Shown here: piece by piece, positions 53,057-61,879 of the stretch
Numbering within the stretch: the stretch's first letter is position 1
How the letters are laid out: every line of letters begins with the position of its first letter
Translations under genes and position numbers: made by a program
The notes under the pieces: model-generated
Databases searched by the model: none
What the model was told of the DNA's origin: nothing
Seen by the model: only the letters and a program-made list of their open reading frames with translations
From: Staphylococcus phage VB_SavM_JYL01
DNA length: 64,000 nt
Direction: 5' to 3' (one strand)
Sequence record: MH159197.1

Positions 53057-53120
53057 TCCTGAGAGAGGACTCGAACCTCAACGACTAGGTAGCTACAACT
53101 AGCCAATGCCATTACTCAGG
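53057..53120 (-). other. tRNA-like remnant (acceptor stem plus T-arm retained; no canonical D or anticodon arm)
   Basis: The RC reads TCCTGAG...TGAGG-TTCGAGT-CCTCT-CTCAGGA-T. Only 34 nt lie between the acceptor and the T-arm, and no 5-7-5 anticodon arm can be folded. Confidence 0.3.
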
Positions 53121-53327
53121 ATTGCTAGTAACGCTAAATAGAGTCATAACGTTACCGTAGACCTTTTCTACTCTTGGTAGATAGGTAAAATATAATGATT
53201 TCAAAGTACCTATATAGTCAGGCTCTTACTCTCATTATAAGGTTAAAAAGGTTAACTGTGTTTAGCATTATATAAGAGGCTTTAGTTAACTACTATACTA
53301 ATAGTATATCATAAATAGTACTTAGTG

Positions 53328-53876
53328 TCAAGATAATTTATCAATTGAATCCATAATTTTTGATGTACTTCTTATATCCGCTTCTTTACTGTGTTTAAGA
53401 AGATATTTTAATTTCATTAGAAAAGAATTCTTTTCCTTTTCTATAGTATCTTTCTTGTTACTATATTCTGAATACATCATAAATTCTATAAATATACTAT
53501 TTCTGTCAGATGAAAACATATCTATAGAAAATGGACAATCAAAACTTATGTCATCTTTATTAATACTAAAACATTCAGTAACATTTAAGTCATTTATTTC
53601 ATATACCTCGAAATATCTATCAACTCTTTTAATTTCTATAGCACTATTATATCTATAATAACGTTGTTCCTCTATTAACTTATCTTTTGTTAGATAAGGA
53701 TATTCATTTATAAATATAGGATTACTTGTTCCATAGTTATTTTTAATATATTCAGCATCTTCTAAGGAATCAGTATAACCTAAAACTTCGTAACTTGTTG
53801 TATACACAGTATCTTCTTCCCACAAGTCATAGTCCATTTCCTCTATTTCTTCCTCTAGTATATAAATTTTTTTCAT
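53328..53876 (-). CDS. hypothetical protein
   Basis: 182-aa ORF. Confidence 0.6.
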   Translation of the reverse strand: MKKIYILEEEIEEMDYDLWEEDTVYTTSYEVLGYTDSLEDAEYIKNNYGTSNPIFINEYPYLTKDKLIEEQRYYRYNSAIEIKRVDRYFEVYEINDLNVTECFSINKDDISFDCPFSIDMFSSDRNSIFIEFMMYSEYSNKKDTIEKEKNSFLMKLKYLLKHSKEADIRSTSKIMDSIDKLS

Positions 53877-53879
53877 ATA

Positions 53880-54098
53880 TTACTCCCAAACACCAATAAG
53901 ATTTTTAAGTTTAGCTATAACCTCTTCTTCTGTCTGATAAGAAAATACTCCTGTAATGTGTTCATAGTTACCTACAATTTCATAATCCTGCGTACCGTGT
54001 CTGTCTACTAGATACGAGTTACTCATAACATTTAAACTATCTTCTGAATAACTAAAATTTATATTATAGTCTACTAAAAAATTAATAATTTTTTTCAT
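53880..54098 (-). CDS. hypothetical protein
   Basis: 72-aa ORF. Confidence 0.5.
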   Translation of the reverse strand: MKKIINFLVDYNINFSYSEDSLNVMSNSYLVDRHGTQDYEIVGNYEHITGVFSYQTEEEVIAKLKNLIGVWE

Positions 54099-54293
54099 TT
54101 ACATAATCTCTCCTATCGGATATTGTCCTAACATTCTTGTTCCATTTTCATTATAAAAAGTATATTCTACTACAATAATATTCATCATATCTACATATAT
54201 AGCTTCTATATAAGGTGTAATATTTTCTTCTTCTTGTATATGCTTACCTATAATATCATATAATAATTCAGAGTGTATTCTTTTATCTCTCAT
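54099..54293 (-). CDS. hypothetical protein
   Basis: 64-aa ORF. Confidence 0.5.
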   Translation of the reverse strand: MRDKRIHSELLYDIIGKHIQEEENITPYIEAIYVDMMNIIVVEYTFYNENGTRMLGQYPIGEIM

Positions 54294-55020
54294 TGTAGAC
54301 CTCCGTAAGAAATGCTACAGTCTTATCTTTTAAAGATTTTTCTACTAGTTCCATAGCATCTTTATAATGTTTTATGCTAGATTCATTAGATTTAAGTTTA
54401 TCTTTTACTTCTTGGATTAAAGGTTCTACTTTATTAACCAAATCTTTTTTCTTTTCAATACTTACATTACTTCTCTTGTTATCTAATACTTCTTTTGGTA
54501 TATATTTAACTTTTGCAAAGTCTTTATAGCTAACATTTAAGTTATCTAAATCATCTAATAAATCATTATAATATTCTAAATGATTATAGAATGTGTAAAA
54601 CTTAACAAGGTCTTTACCAGTTAATTCTTCTTTTTTTAATATACTATTGATATTACCAATAACAGAATATGCTATAGGCTTAAAATTAGCTCTAACATAA
54701 GTTAAAAATATAAAATCATCATAAAACAAGTCTAAAACAGTTTTATTGAATCTAGTATTTTTAGCTTGCTCTAATTGAGCACATAAATTAAGAACATTAT
54801 CAAATCCACTCTTTAATACCAAAGAAATAAATCTCTCCACTGCATAGTATCGAGATACTTCTGTATGTTTACTTGCCTTTTCACTATTTCTAAATATAGT
54901 ATCTGATAAAGGTTGAACTACTAAACTCATGTAATCTTTATCTGAATACTCATCTGATGTTCCTTGATAGGTACTTCCAAATTCTATTGTTGATAATAAG
55001 AAACTTTTTTCTAAGTTCAT
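54283..55020 (-). CDS. Pol-beta-superfamily nucleotidyltransferase-fold protein
   Basis: The N-terminal motif FGSTYQGTSDEYSDKDYM fits hG[GS]x3Gx5SDxD. The C-terminal half is helical. The SD is aaaaggagg (RC). Confidence 0.55.
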   Translation of the reverse strand: MNLEKSFLLSTIEFGSTYQGTSDEYSDKDYMSLVVQPLSDTIFRNSEKASKHTEVSRYYAVERFISLVLKSGFDNVLNLCAQLEQAKNTRFNKTVLDLFYDDFIFLTYVRANFKPIAYSVIGNINSILKKEELTGKDLVKFYTFYNHLEYYNDLLDDLDNLNVSYKDFAKVKYIPKEVLDNKRSNVSIEKKKDLVNKVEPLIQEVKDKLKSNESSIKHYKDAMELVEKSLKDKTVAFLTEVYNER

Positions 55021-55082
55021 TATAACATCCTCCTTTTACTTGTTATTTAAATAATAACATATGTTGATAGTAATGTCAAGCA

Positions 55083-55187
55083 TTAAATATCTTCTGTTGT
55101 GTCAACTTCATCTTGTTTATATTTAAAGTGTTCATAAACTTTAAATAAAATAACCCCTAGTGTTATTAATCCTAAAATATATTTCAT
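55083..55187 (-). CDS. 34-aa membrane micro-ORF MKYILGLITLGVILFKVYEHFKYKQDEVDTTEDI
   Basis: An SD aaggagg (RC) sits 8 nt before the ATG, which is coupled to the stop of the upstream gene. Confidence 0.35.
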   Translation of the reverse strand: MKYILGLITLGVILFKVYEHFKYKQDEVDTTEDI

Positions 55188-55198
55188 AACAATCCTCC

Positions 55199-55447
55199 TT
55201 AATAACCGTGTTTAGTTACCCATCCTGCTAAAGCATCCATAGCCATATCATATTCTTCTTCATTTTTAATTCTTATAATTTTCTCTATTTCTTCTTTTGC
55301 TTGTTTAGAATTCATAAAATCAATATCTACTGTATCTAAATTTGTATAATCAATATTTTCTTTTATAAACTCTTTTTGCGGTAAGGTTATAGAATTAACT
55401 CGTACATTTTCGTGATTTAAAAATTGATAGAAGTCCATACTATTCAC
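55199..55447 (-). CDS. hypothetical protein
   Basis: 82-aa ORF. Confidence 0.5.
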   Translation of the reverse strand: MNSMDFYQFLNHENVRVNSITLPQKEFIKENIDYTNLDTVDIDFMNSKQAKEEIEKIIRIKNEEEYDMAMDALAGWVTKHGY

Positions 55448-55829
55448 CTTCTTTTAAACAGTCTGCCATATCTTTTAAAGTATTAAGTACATATTTCAAA
55501 TCTCTATAATAACTATCAGAAAAACTAATAACAGCATATGGTGTCATATCACTATAGTGTGCACAATCAAAACCTAATACCCTATAGTCACCCTCATGTT
55601 CATCGTATGTTATACCTCCATGGGAACAATCTTCTATACTATTAAACTGTTCTTTGGTTATATTCGTAGGCACATTAATATAACCATTTAGATGTCCTGA
55701 ATGAGGGTGACGTTTAACAGTTAGGTTTATTCCCTTATAATCTATATTTAAAGTTAAGTCCTCTCCTAATATATTATCCTCTTTATCTATAATTTCCATA
55801 ATATGTTCCGGTGCTTTTCCAAACATCAT
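55440..55829 (-). CDS. hypothetical protein
   Basis: 129-aa ORF with an SD agggagg (RC). Confidence 0.55.
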   Translation of the reverse strand: MMFGKAPEHIMEIIDKEDNILGEDLTLNIDYKGINLTVKRHPHSGHLNGYINVPTNITKEQFNSIEDCSHGGITYDEHEGDYRVLGFDCAHYSDMTPYAVISFSDSYYRDLKYVLNTLKDMADCLKEGE

Positions 55830-55855
55830 AATTCCTCCCTTTTATTTATACTTTT

Positions 55856-55914
55856 ACTATACACTACTTTTTCTATTTTGTCAACAAAAAAAGGCTACTA
55901 ATTAAAGTAGCCTA
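55856..55914 (-). promoter_or_regulatory. leftward promoter TTGACA-17-TATAGT immediately downstream of a leftward terminator
   Basis: The RC reads aggctact-ttaat-tagtagcct-ttttttt-gttgacaaaatagaaaaagtagtgtatagt. Confidence 0.55.
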
Positions 55915-55922
55915 AGAATTAA

Positions 55923-56096
55923 TTATTTAGCGTTATAAGACCAACGCCAATAACCATTTTTCTGTGAGAACTCAAAGTGAAAACCGTCATAGTCAAATTC
56001 AATATTATAGTCTCCATCTTGAAGTGGTTTTGAATTTAGTACAGGACTATTACTCTTTGCCAATTCTGCTAGAAACTCATGATTTACTTTTTCCAT
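55923..56096 (-). CDS. 57-aa hypothetical protein (below the track cutoff)
   Basis: An SD aggagg (RC) sits 10 nt before the ATG. The protein is MEKVNHEFLAELAKSNSPVLNSKPLQDGDYNIEFDYDGFHFEFSQKNGYWRWSYNAK. Confidence 0.45.
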   Translation of the reverse strand: MEKVNHEFLAELAKSNSPVLNSKPLQDGDYNIEFDYDGFHFEFSQKNGYWRWSYNAK

Positions 56097-56136
56097 AGGG
56101 TTTATTCCTCCTAATTATTCTTACAGTACTAATATA

Positions 56137-56619
56137 TCACAGGTCTTTTTCTAGGTCGTTTTTAAACTTCTCCTCGTAAGAGCTAGCATAAGTAACCTCA
56201 TATCCTATTATCTTAGTATAATCTATGCAAAGTAATTTATAATTGGATTTTACTTTAATATCTTCTGATTGTTCTATTTTGTTGATAATTTCATTTAGTT
56301 CATCTGAAGAGTAGTGTTCATTATCAACTTTTATTGTTTTTCCTTGAGTATAGATATCAATTTCTTGTATCATCATTTCATCCTTTTGATTATTCATTAT
56401 TTGATTATAAGTTTCTAAATCATCAATATTATCTGTATCTGAACCTTTTACTAACCATTCTCCTCTCTTTTTAAGGAGGTCATCAAACTTCTCATGCTCT
56501 TTAATTATCTTCTCTACTTCACTTGGTATTAGAACAGCTCTAGCGTAATTTATATGCCACATAGACATATTATCAATAAGATAATTAATCATTCTTATAA
56601 GTTCCTTCTCATTTGCCAT
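56137..56619 (-). CDS. hypothetical protein
   Basis: 160-aa ORF with an SD aggaggttgg (RC). Confidence 0.6.
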   Translation of the reverse strand: MANEKELIRMINYLIDNMSMWHINYARAVLIPSEVEKIIKEHEKFDDLLKKRGEWLVKGSDTDNIDDLETYNQIMNNQKDEMMIQEIDIYTQGKTIKVDNEHYSSDELNEIINKIEQSEDIKVKSNYKLLCIDYTKIIGYEVTYASSYEEKFKNDLEKDL

Positions 56620-56668
56620 ATACCAACCTCCTTATATCTAATACTAATATAAGAGAAAAGCAGACTTA

Positions 56669-57211
56669 TTAAAAGTCTGCTTCTGTACCTAATTCTAATC
56701 TTCTATTTTTCGTATGAGGAATCGTTTTTCTATATCCTATTAATAGAGATAATTCTCTAGCTTTTTCTTTAGATAATGTTAATAGTCCATTATAATTATC
56801 TACTTTACTATTATATTGTCTGACTAAGTACTCTAGTTCATCTTCTATATCTGATAGTTCTCCTGATTTAACTCCAAGTAACTTTCTATACATATCATAA
56901 TCTTCAGAAAGACTTTCTACTTTATTTTTAGATACAGAATCATAAACTGCTTGTAAATTACCTTCTTCAATAAGTTTAAAGTTATGTTCACCTATGATTA
57001 ATTCTTCCTCAGAAGAATCAAGTGTCACTAATCCACTTGTATTACCTGTAAAGTCACCTTTATAATCTACAACAATACCTTCAGTTACTTTGTCACCTAA
57101 TTCAATAGTCCCATCTTCATTTTCTTTAAATTTATGAGCATCATATACTTCTACTTTGTCACCTAATCTCAAATCTTGAGTTAAGTTATGTTTACCAATA
57201 ATTCTATCCAT
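56669..57211 (-). CDS. hypothetical protein
   Basis: 180-aa ORF. Confidence 0.6.
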   Translation of the reverse strand: MDRIIGKHNLTQDLRLGDKVEVYDAHKFKENEDGTIELGDKVTEGIVVDYKGDFTGNTSGLVTLDSSEEELIIGEHNFKLIEEGNLQAVYDSVSKNKVESLSEDYDMYRKLLGVKSGELSDIEDELEYLVRQYNSKVDNYNGLLTLSKEKARELSLLIGYRKTIPHTKNRRLELGTEADF

Positions 57212-57741
57212 TACTCAATCTCTCCTTTATTAATAGGGTCTTGTGTTAAGAACATTTCTAAATTCTCTTTTGTAATAGGTAACCAAAAATATTTACTTTC
57301 CGGAATTGTAACTGTATAGAAATCCTCATCATTGTTAACTTTAATATTAACATCTGTAAACTCATCTTGCATTAACCAATGAGTTACAGTTAAGTTATAT
57401 GACCCATCACTAACATACCCTAAATCAATATCATGTTTAAAAGCTAAATCTTCTAAGTGCTCTAATAAATCATCCTTTTCATTTTGTTCTTCTTCTGTAT
57501 TATTTTTGATTGGATTAATTAACTCTGTACAAACGATATCATACAACTCACCATCTGTAACTTCATAATTCTTTTCTATTAATACATCTTGTATTTTATT
57601 GATTGAATTTGTAACTACTGCTCCATATTCTTCTTCTGTAAAATTACATTTATCTAAATCAACATCTGTAATTAATTCTGCAATCCATTTATTTAAAATT
57701 GATACCGCCATTGTTCTAGAAATAATACTATCATATACCAT
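57211..57741 (-). CDS. hypothetical acidic protein
   Basis: 176-aa ORF with an SD aaggagat (RC). Confidence 0.6.
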   Translation of the reverse strand: MVYDSIISRTMAVSILNKWIAELITDVDLDKCNFTEEEYGAVVTNSINKIQDVLIEKNYEVTDGELYDIVCTELINPIKNNTEEEQNEKDDLLEHLEDLAFKHDIDLGYVSDGSYNLTVTHWLMQDEFTDVNIKVNNDEDFYTVTIPESKYFWLPITKENLEMFLTQDPINKGEIE

Positions 57742-57743
57742 AT

Positions 57744-57908
57744 TTATTTAATCTCCTTGTTTAGGTGAATGTGGTCTTCTAATGAAAAATCAAAAGGCGC
57801 TACACCATTTCTTTTATTGTTTGTTTCTTTTTTAAGTATAACATAAGTTAGTGAAAAAGTCAAGATAGTTACTACAACCATTAATAAAAGTTTAATCAGA
57901 TTCTTCAT
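57744..57908 (-). CDS. 54-aa signal-anchored small protein (below the track cutoff)
   Basis: An SD aaggagttag (RC) precedes the ATG. The protein is MKNLIKLLLMVVVTILTFSLTYVILKK... Confidence 0.45.
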   Translation of the reverse strand: MKNLIKLLLMVVVTILTFSLTYVILKKETNNKRNGVAPFDFSLEDHIHLNKEIK

Positions 57909-57910
57909 AA

Positions 57911-58189
57911 TTACTCTAACTCCTTAAGTTTATTTTTTACTTTTTCTTTATCATACTTATAATCTTTTTCTGAGTTTTCATTTTTTTCTTCCTCTTCTTC
58001 ATTAAGTTCTCTGTATTGAGCTTCTTCTACCTCTTGTTCCTTATTATCTTTGCCTGCGTCTGATTTTTGAATTTCTACATTTTTACTACTACCGCCACTC
58101 ACCTTTTTTCTAAAAAGAAACCAAAGTATTAATAAAATGATGAGTAAAATAATAATGCTTAATACAACCGCCCAAATATTATTAGCCAT
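57911..58189 (-). CDS. membrane protein with an acidic Glu-rich tail
   Basis: 92-aa ORF with an N-terminal TM helix. Confidence 0.55.
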   Translation of the reverse strand: MANNIWAVVLSIIILLIILLILWFLFRKKVSGGSSKNVEIQKSDAGKDNKEQEVEEAQYRELNEEEEEKNENSEKDYKYDKEKVKNKLKELE

Positions 58190-59034
58190 TACAACCTACC
58201 TCCAAATAGTTTTTTTACAGCTCTTAAGTTTTCTGCTGACTCATTGTTTATATGAATACCTGTACTTGAATCGAAAATAACAGCATTATCAAGTAAGTGT
58301 TTTTTAAGTTCATTTTCATAACTTCCTTTACCTACTACACTACCATAACCATCGTGTGTTAAATCAGTCATATCAGATTCAACTTCTAATACTCTAAACG
58401 ATACTCTACGTAAAAATGATGGGTTTACTAAGTAAAAGGATGATTTAAAAACATTTAATCTTTGATAAGAATGTTTTATATTAACAACAAACCCAGTAAG
58501 TTTATCATTATAACTTGAGTTTGATAGCTTACCTAAATATAAATTTATACTATACCCTTTTGTTTCTAAAGTTTGTATAGCACTAAGCAATATAGCCCCT
58601 CTATAAGCAAGATTCTCAGGGTCTTCCATCCAACTTATACTAGAATTATAGAATACATCAATAACTTTCTTCTCTGCTTTAACTCTCTGTTGAGACATCA
58701 TAGAATTAGGTAAACCTTTTATAGCGTTAGGTACATGAGGTTGATAACCTTCAGGAGCCACAACTGGTTTTCTTTTTACAGATTTATCCATTCTGAATAA
58801 TGCATCTGTCATCTTTTTAAGCTTAACAACCATATCATAGGACTCTCTATCTCCTTTAACCATTAAGTTATAGGCTTCATTAAAGCTATGAGTGCCTGTG
58901 AAGTCGTAGCTACCTGTATCTGATGAATTGTCTCTACCTGAAACTCTATTCTTTTTTAAAGCAGAAAAGAAATCAGGTAGACCATCATATTTAATTACAT
59001 TTAATTCTAAGTTATCTATTAATCGTCTACCCAT
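58189..59034 (-). CDS. hypothetical protein; probable partner of the upstream AAA+ ATPase
   Basis: 281-aa ORF whose start abuts the ATPase gene stop. Confidence 0.6.
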   Translation of the reverse strand: MGRRLIDNLELNVIKYDGLPDFFSALKKNRVSGRDNSSDTGSYDFTGTHSFNEAYNLMVKGDRESYDMVVKLKKMTDALFRMDKSVKRKPVVAPEGYQPHVPNAIKGLPNSMMSQQRVKAEKKVIDVFYNSSISWMEDPENLAYRGAILLSAIQTLETKGYSINLYLGKLSNSSYNDKLTGFVVNIKHSYQRLNVFKSSFYLVNPSFLRRVSFRVLEVESDMTDLTHDGYGSVVGKGSYENELKKHLLDNAVIFDSSTGIHINNESAENLRAVKKLFGGRL

Positions 59035-59046
59035 TGTTTTTTCCTC

Positions 59047-60165
59047 CTATTCTAATCCTAGTTTATCCATGATAGTGTCAAAGTCCATTGAATCACTAGA
59101 TGAACTTTGAGTTTTTCTTGGTTCTTGTTTAGGTTCTTGTTTAATACCTAGAAGATTTTTTGTTGCTTCTGTGTATCTGTTATCTTTAGGTAAAGAACTA
59201 ATAAATTGATTAATTTCATCTTTAGGTACAGACTTGAAGATGATGCTTTCTACAACAAACTCATCGTCCATTACTCCATCTAATTTACTTCCATTAATAA
59301 TTGCACGCATTGAAAAGACATAAGGTAATCCTTTTTCATCGTTCTCATATCTTAATTTTTGTACAAAGTTTACTAAATCCTCATTACTTGATAGTTGGTG
59401 TTCTACCTTATTATCATAATCAAATTCAACTTGAGCAAAACGGTCTAATGTAGCTCCATCCAGTTGCTGTCTTCCTACATAAATGTGGTCTGCTCCAGTT
59501 CCCATAGTATTACCTGCTGATACTACTCTAAAGTCTTCATGTGCTGTCACACGACCAATAGGGAAGTCAAAGTATTTATTTGCAATAGCTGAGTTAAGAA
59601 TTAATAATACTTCAGGGATAGATGCATCCATCTCATCTAGGAAGAATAATCCTCCATTTGTAAATGCTTTATAAAACTGAGTTTCATGAAACTTACCATT
59701 TGCATCAATAAATCCTGTTAATTTAAATTCTTGAGTAATTGCATTACTGAAATAGAAATCTAAGTCTAGAGCTTCTGCTACTTGCTCTAATACATGGTTC
59801 TTTCCTGAACCTGCTCCACCTTTTAAAAACACTGGAATATTTTGATTAACTAGTTTTAATATATCTTGATATCTATAATGAAAGATTCCTGAGATATCTT
59901 TAATTGTTTTACCTTCTTGTTGTAATTCAATCTTAACTGGTAAATTATTAAGTTGCTCCTCTACGTATTCTTCAATTTGTTTTTTAACATCAGTAATAAT
60001 TATTTCTCTACTCTCAGTTCCTGCTTTCTCTACAATTGCATCCACAATTGCTTGTTCATAAGGGTTAGAGTTTTTCTCTCCTAGTTTATCTGCTAAGTCT
60101 TTCGTTGTCTGCATTTGTTGTTCTACCAATCTCTCTAATCTTTCAATAGTATCTTGCTTTGCCAT
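59047..60165 (-). CDS. AAA+ ATPase (MoxR/CbbQ-like, AAA_5-type); start MAKQDTI
   Basis: Walker A GGAGSGKN and Walker B LFFLDEMD are present. An SD aaggag (RC) sits 10 nt before the second ATG. Confidence 0.8.
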   Translation of the reverse strand: MAKQDTIERLERLVEQQMQTTKDLADKLGEKNSNPYEQAIVDAIVEKAGTESREIIITDVKKQIEEYVEEQLNNLPVKIELQQEGKTIKDISGIFHYRYQDILKLVNQNIPVFLKGGAGSGKNHVLEQVAEALDLDFYFSNAITQEFKLTGFIDANGKFHETQFYKAFTNGGLFFLDEMDASIPEVLLILNSAIANKYFDFPIGRVTAHEDFRVVSAGNTMGTGADHIYVGRQQLDGATLDRFAQVEFDYDNKVEHQLSSNEDLVNFVQKLRYENDEKGLPYVFSMRAIINGSKLDGVMDDEFVVESIIFKSVPKDEINQFISSLPKDNRYTEATKNLLGIKQEPKQEPRKTQSSSSDSMDFDTIMDKLGLE

Positions 60166-60198
60166 ATTTATCATTCTCCTTTGATTTGTTATATATTT

Positions 60199-60227
60199 AT
60201 TATAGTATAAGTATTTATATTTGTCAA
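60199..60227 (-). promoter_or_regulatory. leftward promoter TTGACA-17-TATAAT
   Basis: The RC reads ttgacaaatataaatacttatactataat. Confidence 0.55.
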
Positions 60228-60258
60228 CAACTTTCTAAAACTTTTTTTAGTTGTTAAT

Positions 60259-60300
60259 AAAAAAATACCTTACACCTATAACTTAACATAGGGTAAGGTA
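60259..60300 (-). terminator. leftward rho-independent terminator
   Basis: The RC reads taccttac-cctatgttaagttatagg-tgtaaggta followed by ttttttt. Confidence 0.55.
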
Positions 60301-60315
60301 ATTGTCAACACTTTT

Positions 60316-60657
60316 TTAAAAATACATTAATTTAAAAAAGTCATCAATGTCTTTAGTTCCATGTGTATCCATATCATACATAAACATACAATTATATGTA
60401 TGTTTATTCACTATTTCTAGCATATTGTGCATAGAAGTTGCATTATTGAATTCTTCTAAATCAATAGTTATCGTAAGTTCTTGACCTTCGTAAAGTATTT
60501 TTGCTATATAGTATGTTTTAACACCTTCCATTGTTCCGTGGGAAGTTTCATTATGATTAAGAACTTCTATACCTAATGAAGGTAAATAATCTGAAAAATA
60601 GTATTTGCAGAAATATATAAAATTGTCTGTTCTTTTAGACACGAGTACTATCCCCAT
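60316..60657 (-). CDS. hypothetical protein
   Basis: 113-aa ORF. Confidence 0.55.
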   Translation of the reverse strand: MGIVLVSKRTDNFIYFCKYYFSDYLPSLGIEVLNHNETSHGTMEGVKTYYIAKILYEGQELTITIDLEEFNNATSMHNMLEIVNKHTYNCMFMYDMDTHGTKDIDDFFKLMYF

Positions 60658-61051
60658 ATTTTATATTTCTTTCTAATCTTACATAATATGTTTTAATCTT
60701 TTGAACTTCTTTGTCTACTGCATCTTTTCTTCCTAATCTTGTAGTATATTTTACAATATTAAATATCATAGAATCAACAAAACCATCATAAGAAAAGTGT
60801 TCTTCTAGAAAAGAAATAACATCCTTACTACCTTTATAGTGCCCAGGTAAATGTGCATCTACTTGTATATTATAGTAATCTTCTAAAAGACCTATACTTT
60901 CACCAAGACTAGATAAAGCATAGCCTAAATCATTAGAGTCATTAGACCATTCTTTAGATACTGATAACGCATCTTCTATAATTGTTATTTTTAATTTATC
61001 TAAGTAATCTTCTACTTGAGCTTGTGTTTTCATAAATTCTTTTGCATTCAT
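60635..61051 (-). CDS. hypothetical protein; possible all-alpha NTP-pyrophosphatase-like fold
   Basis: 138-aa ORF with an SD aggaggg (RC). IVKYTTRLGRKD resembles the MazG/dimeric-dUTPase K-x-x-R motif. This is weak. Confidence 0.55.
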   Translation of the reverse strand: MNAKEFMKTQAQVEDYLDKLKITIIEDALSVSKEWSNDSNDLGYALSSLGESIGLLEDYYNIQVDAHLPGHYKGSKDVISFLEEHFSYDGFVDSMIFNIVKYTTRLGRKDAVDKEVQKIKTYYVRLERNIKYGDSTRV

Positions 61052-61183
61052 TTAATACCCTCCTAAATTGTATAAAAAAAACACCCTGCTTGGATACAAG
61101 CAAGGTGAAAAAGGAAAGATATTATGGAAGTGTACTATCTAAGTACACCTCATAATATAACAGTTTTCCTTGCTAGTTATTAC

Positions 61184-61486
61184 TTATTTTTTAAGGTCTT
61201 CTTCTTTAACAAACACTCCGTTAATAAGCTTACCTTTCCTGTCTTTTATCTCATCATAAGCCATATCAATACACTCTTCAATATCTATATCTAATTGTAA
61301 ACATAGTACTGTTAATACTACAAAAATATCTCCTACACTATCTCGTGTTACATGGTCATTACTTTTAGCAATACCTGAAGCTAATTCTCCTGCTTCTTCT
61401 AATAACTTTAACATTTGACCTTCAGGTTTACCTGTTTGTAAATTTCTATCTTTTGCCCATTGCTTAATAAGTTCTACTTTTTCCAT
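61184..61486 (-). CDS. MazG-like nucleotide pyrophosphohydrolase
   Basis: LLEEAGELASGIAKSN...VGDIFVVLTVLCLQLDIDIEECIDMAYDEIKDRKG follows the MazG EExGE...D pattern. Confidence 0.7.
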   Translation of the reverse strand: MEKVELIKQWAKDRNLQTGKPEGQMLKLLEEAGELASGIAKSNDHVTRDSVGDIFVVLTVLCLQLDIDIEECIDMAYDEIKDRKGKLINGVFVKEEDLKK

Positions 61487-61674
61487 TATTCTATATCTCC
61501 TTTAATTTCTGTATCTTTTATAATTAGATTATCAGAATCACTTATTACAGTTAAGTTATCTTCGACTAATTCATGTAGGTTATTAGTAATATCTTCTTCA
61601 TACCTATAACCTACACGAACATAAGCTTTCACCCTGACATCTATATTAACATAATCTTCTTGGAATTTTTCCAT
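61486..61674 (-). CDS. hypothetical protein
   Basis: 62-aa ORF coupled to the MazG-like gene. Confidence 0.45.
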   Translation of the reverse strand: MEKFQEDYVNIDVRVKAYVRVGYRYEEDITNNLHELVEDNLTVISDSDNLIIKDTEIKGDIE

Positions 61675-61879
61675 TTCTAACTTCCTTTATTATACCATAT
61701 TGTTATACCTTTGTCAATTAATCTGAGTAGTTTCCTTTGGCAAGTTGATACTTTTTGTGTAATTCTTCATATAATTCTCTCATACCTTCGTAGTTTCTCA
61801 TATCATCTTCCAAGAAACTAAGATAATCTAATAATAATTTAGTTTCTTCTACTTCTAAAGTTATAACTGGTTTGACCAT

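Noticed and set aside
52912-53112. 66-aa minus-strand ORF
   Set aside because: It overlaps tRNA-Met and the tRNA-like remnant entirely. It is an artefact of the GC-rich tRNA sequence.
46802-59674. Plus-strand ORFs inside the leftward array (46802..47014, 47576..47779, 47793..48002, 49114..49314, 50840..51064, 53455..53658, 58928..59110, 59483..59674)
   Set aside because: They lie antisense to longer minus-strand genes with SDs. They have no ribosome-binding sites.
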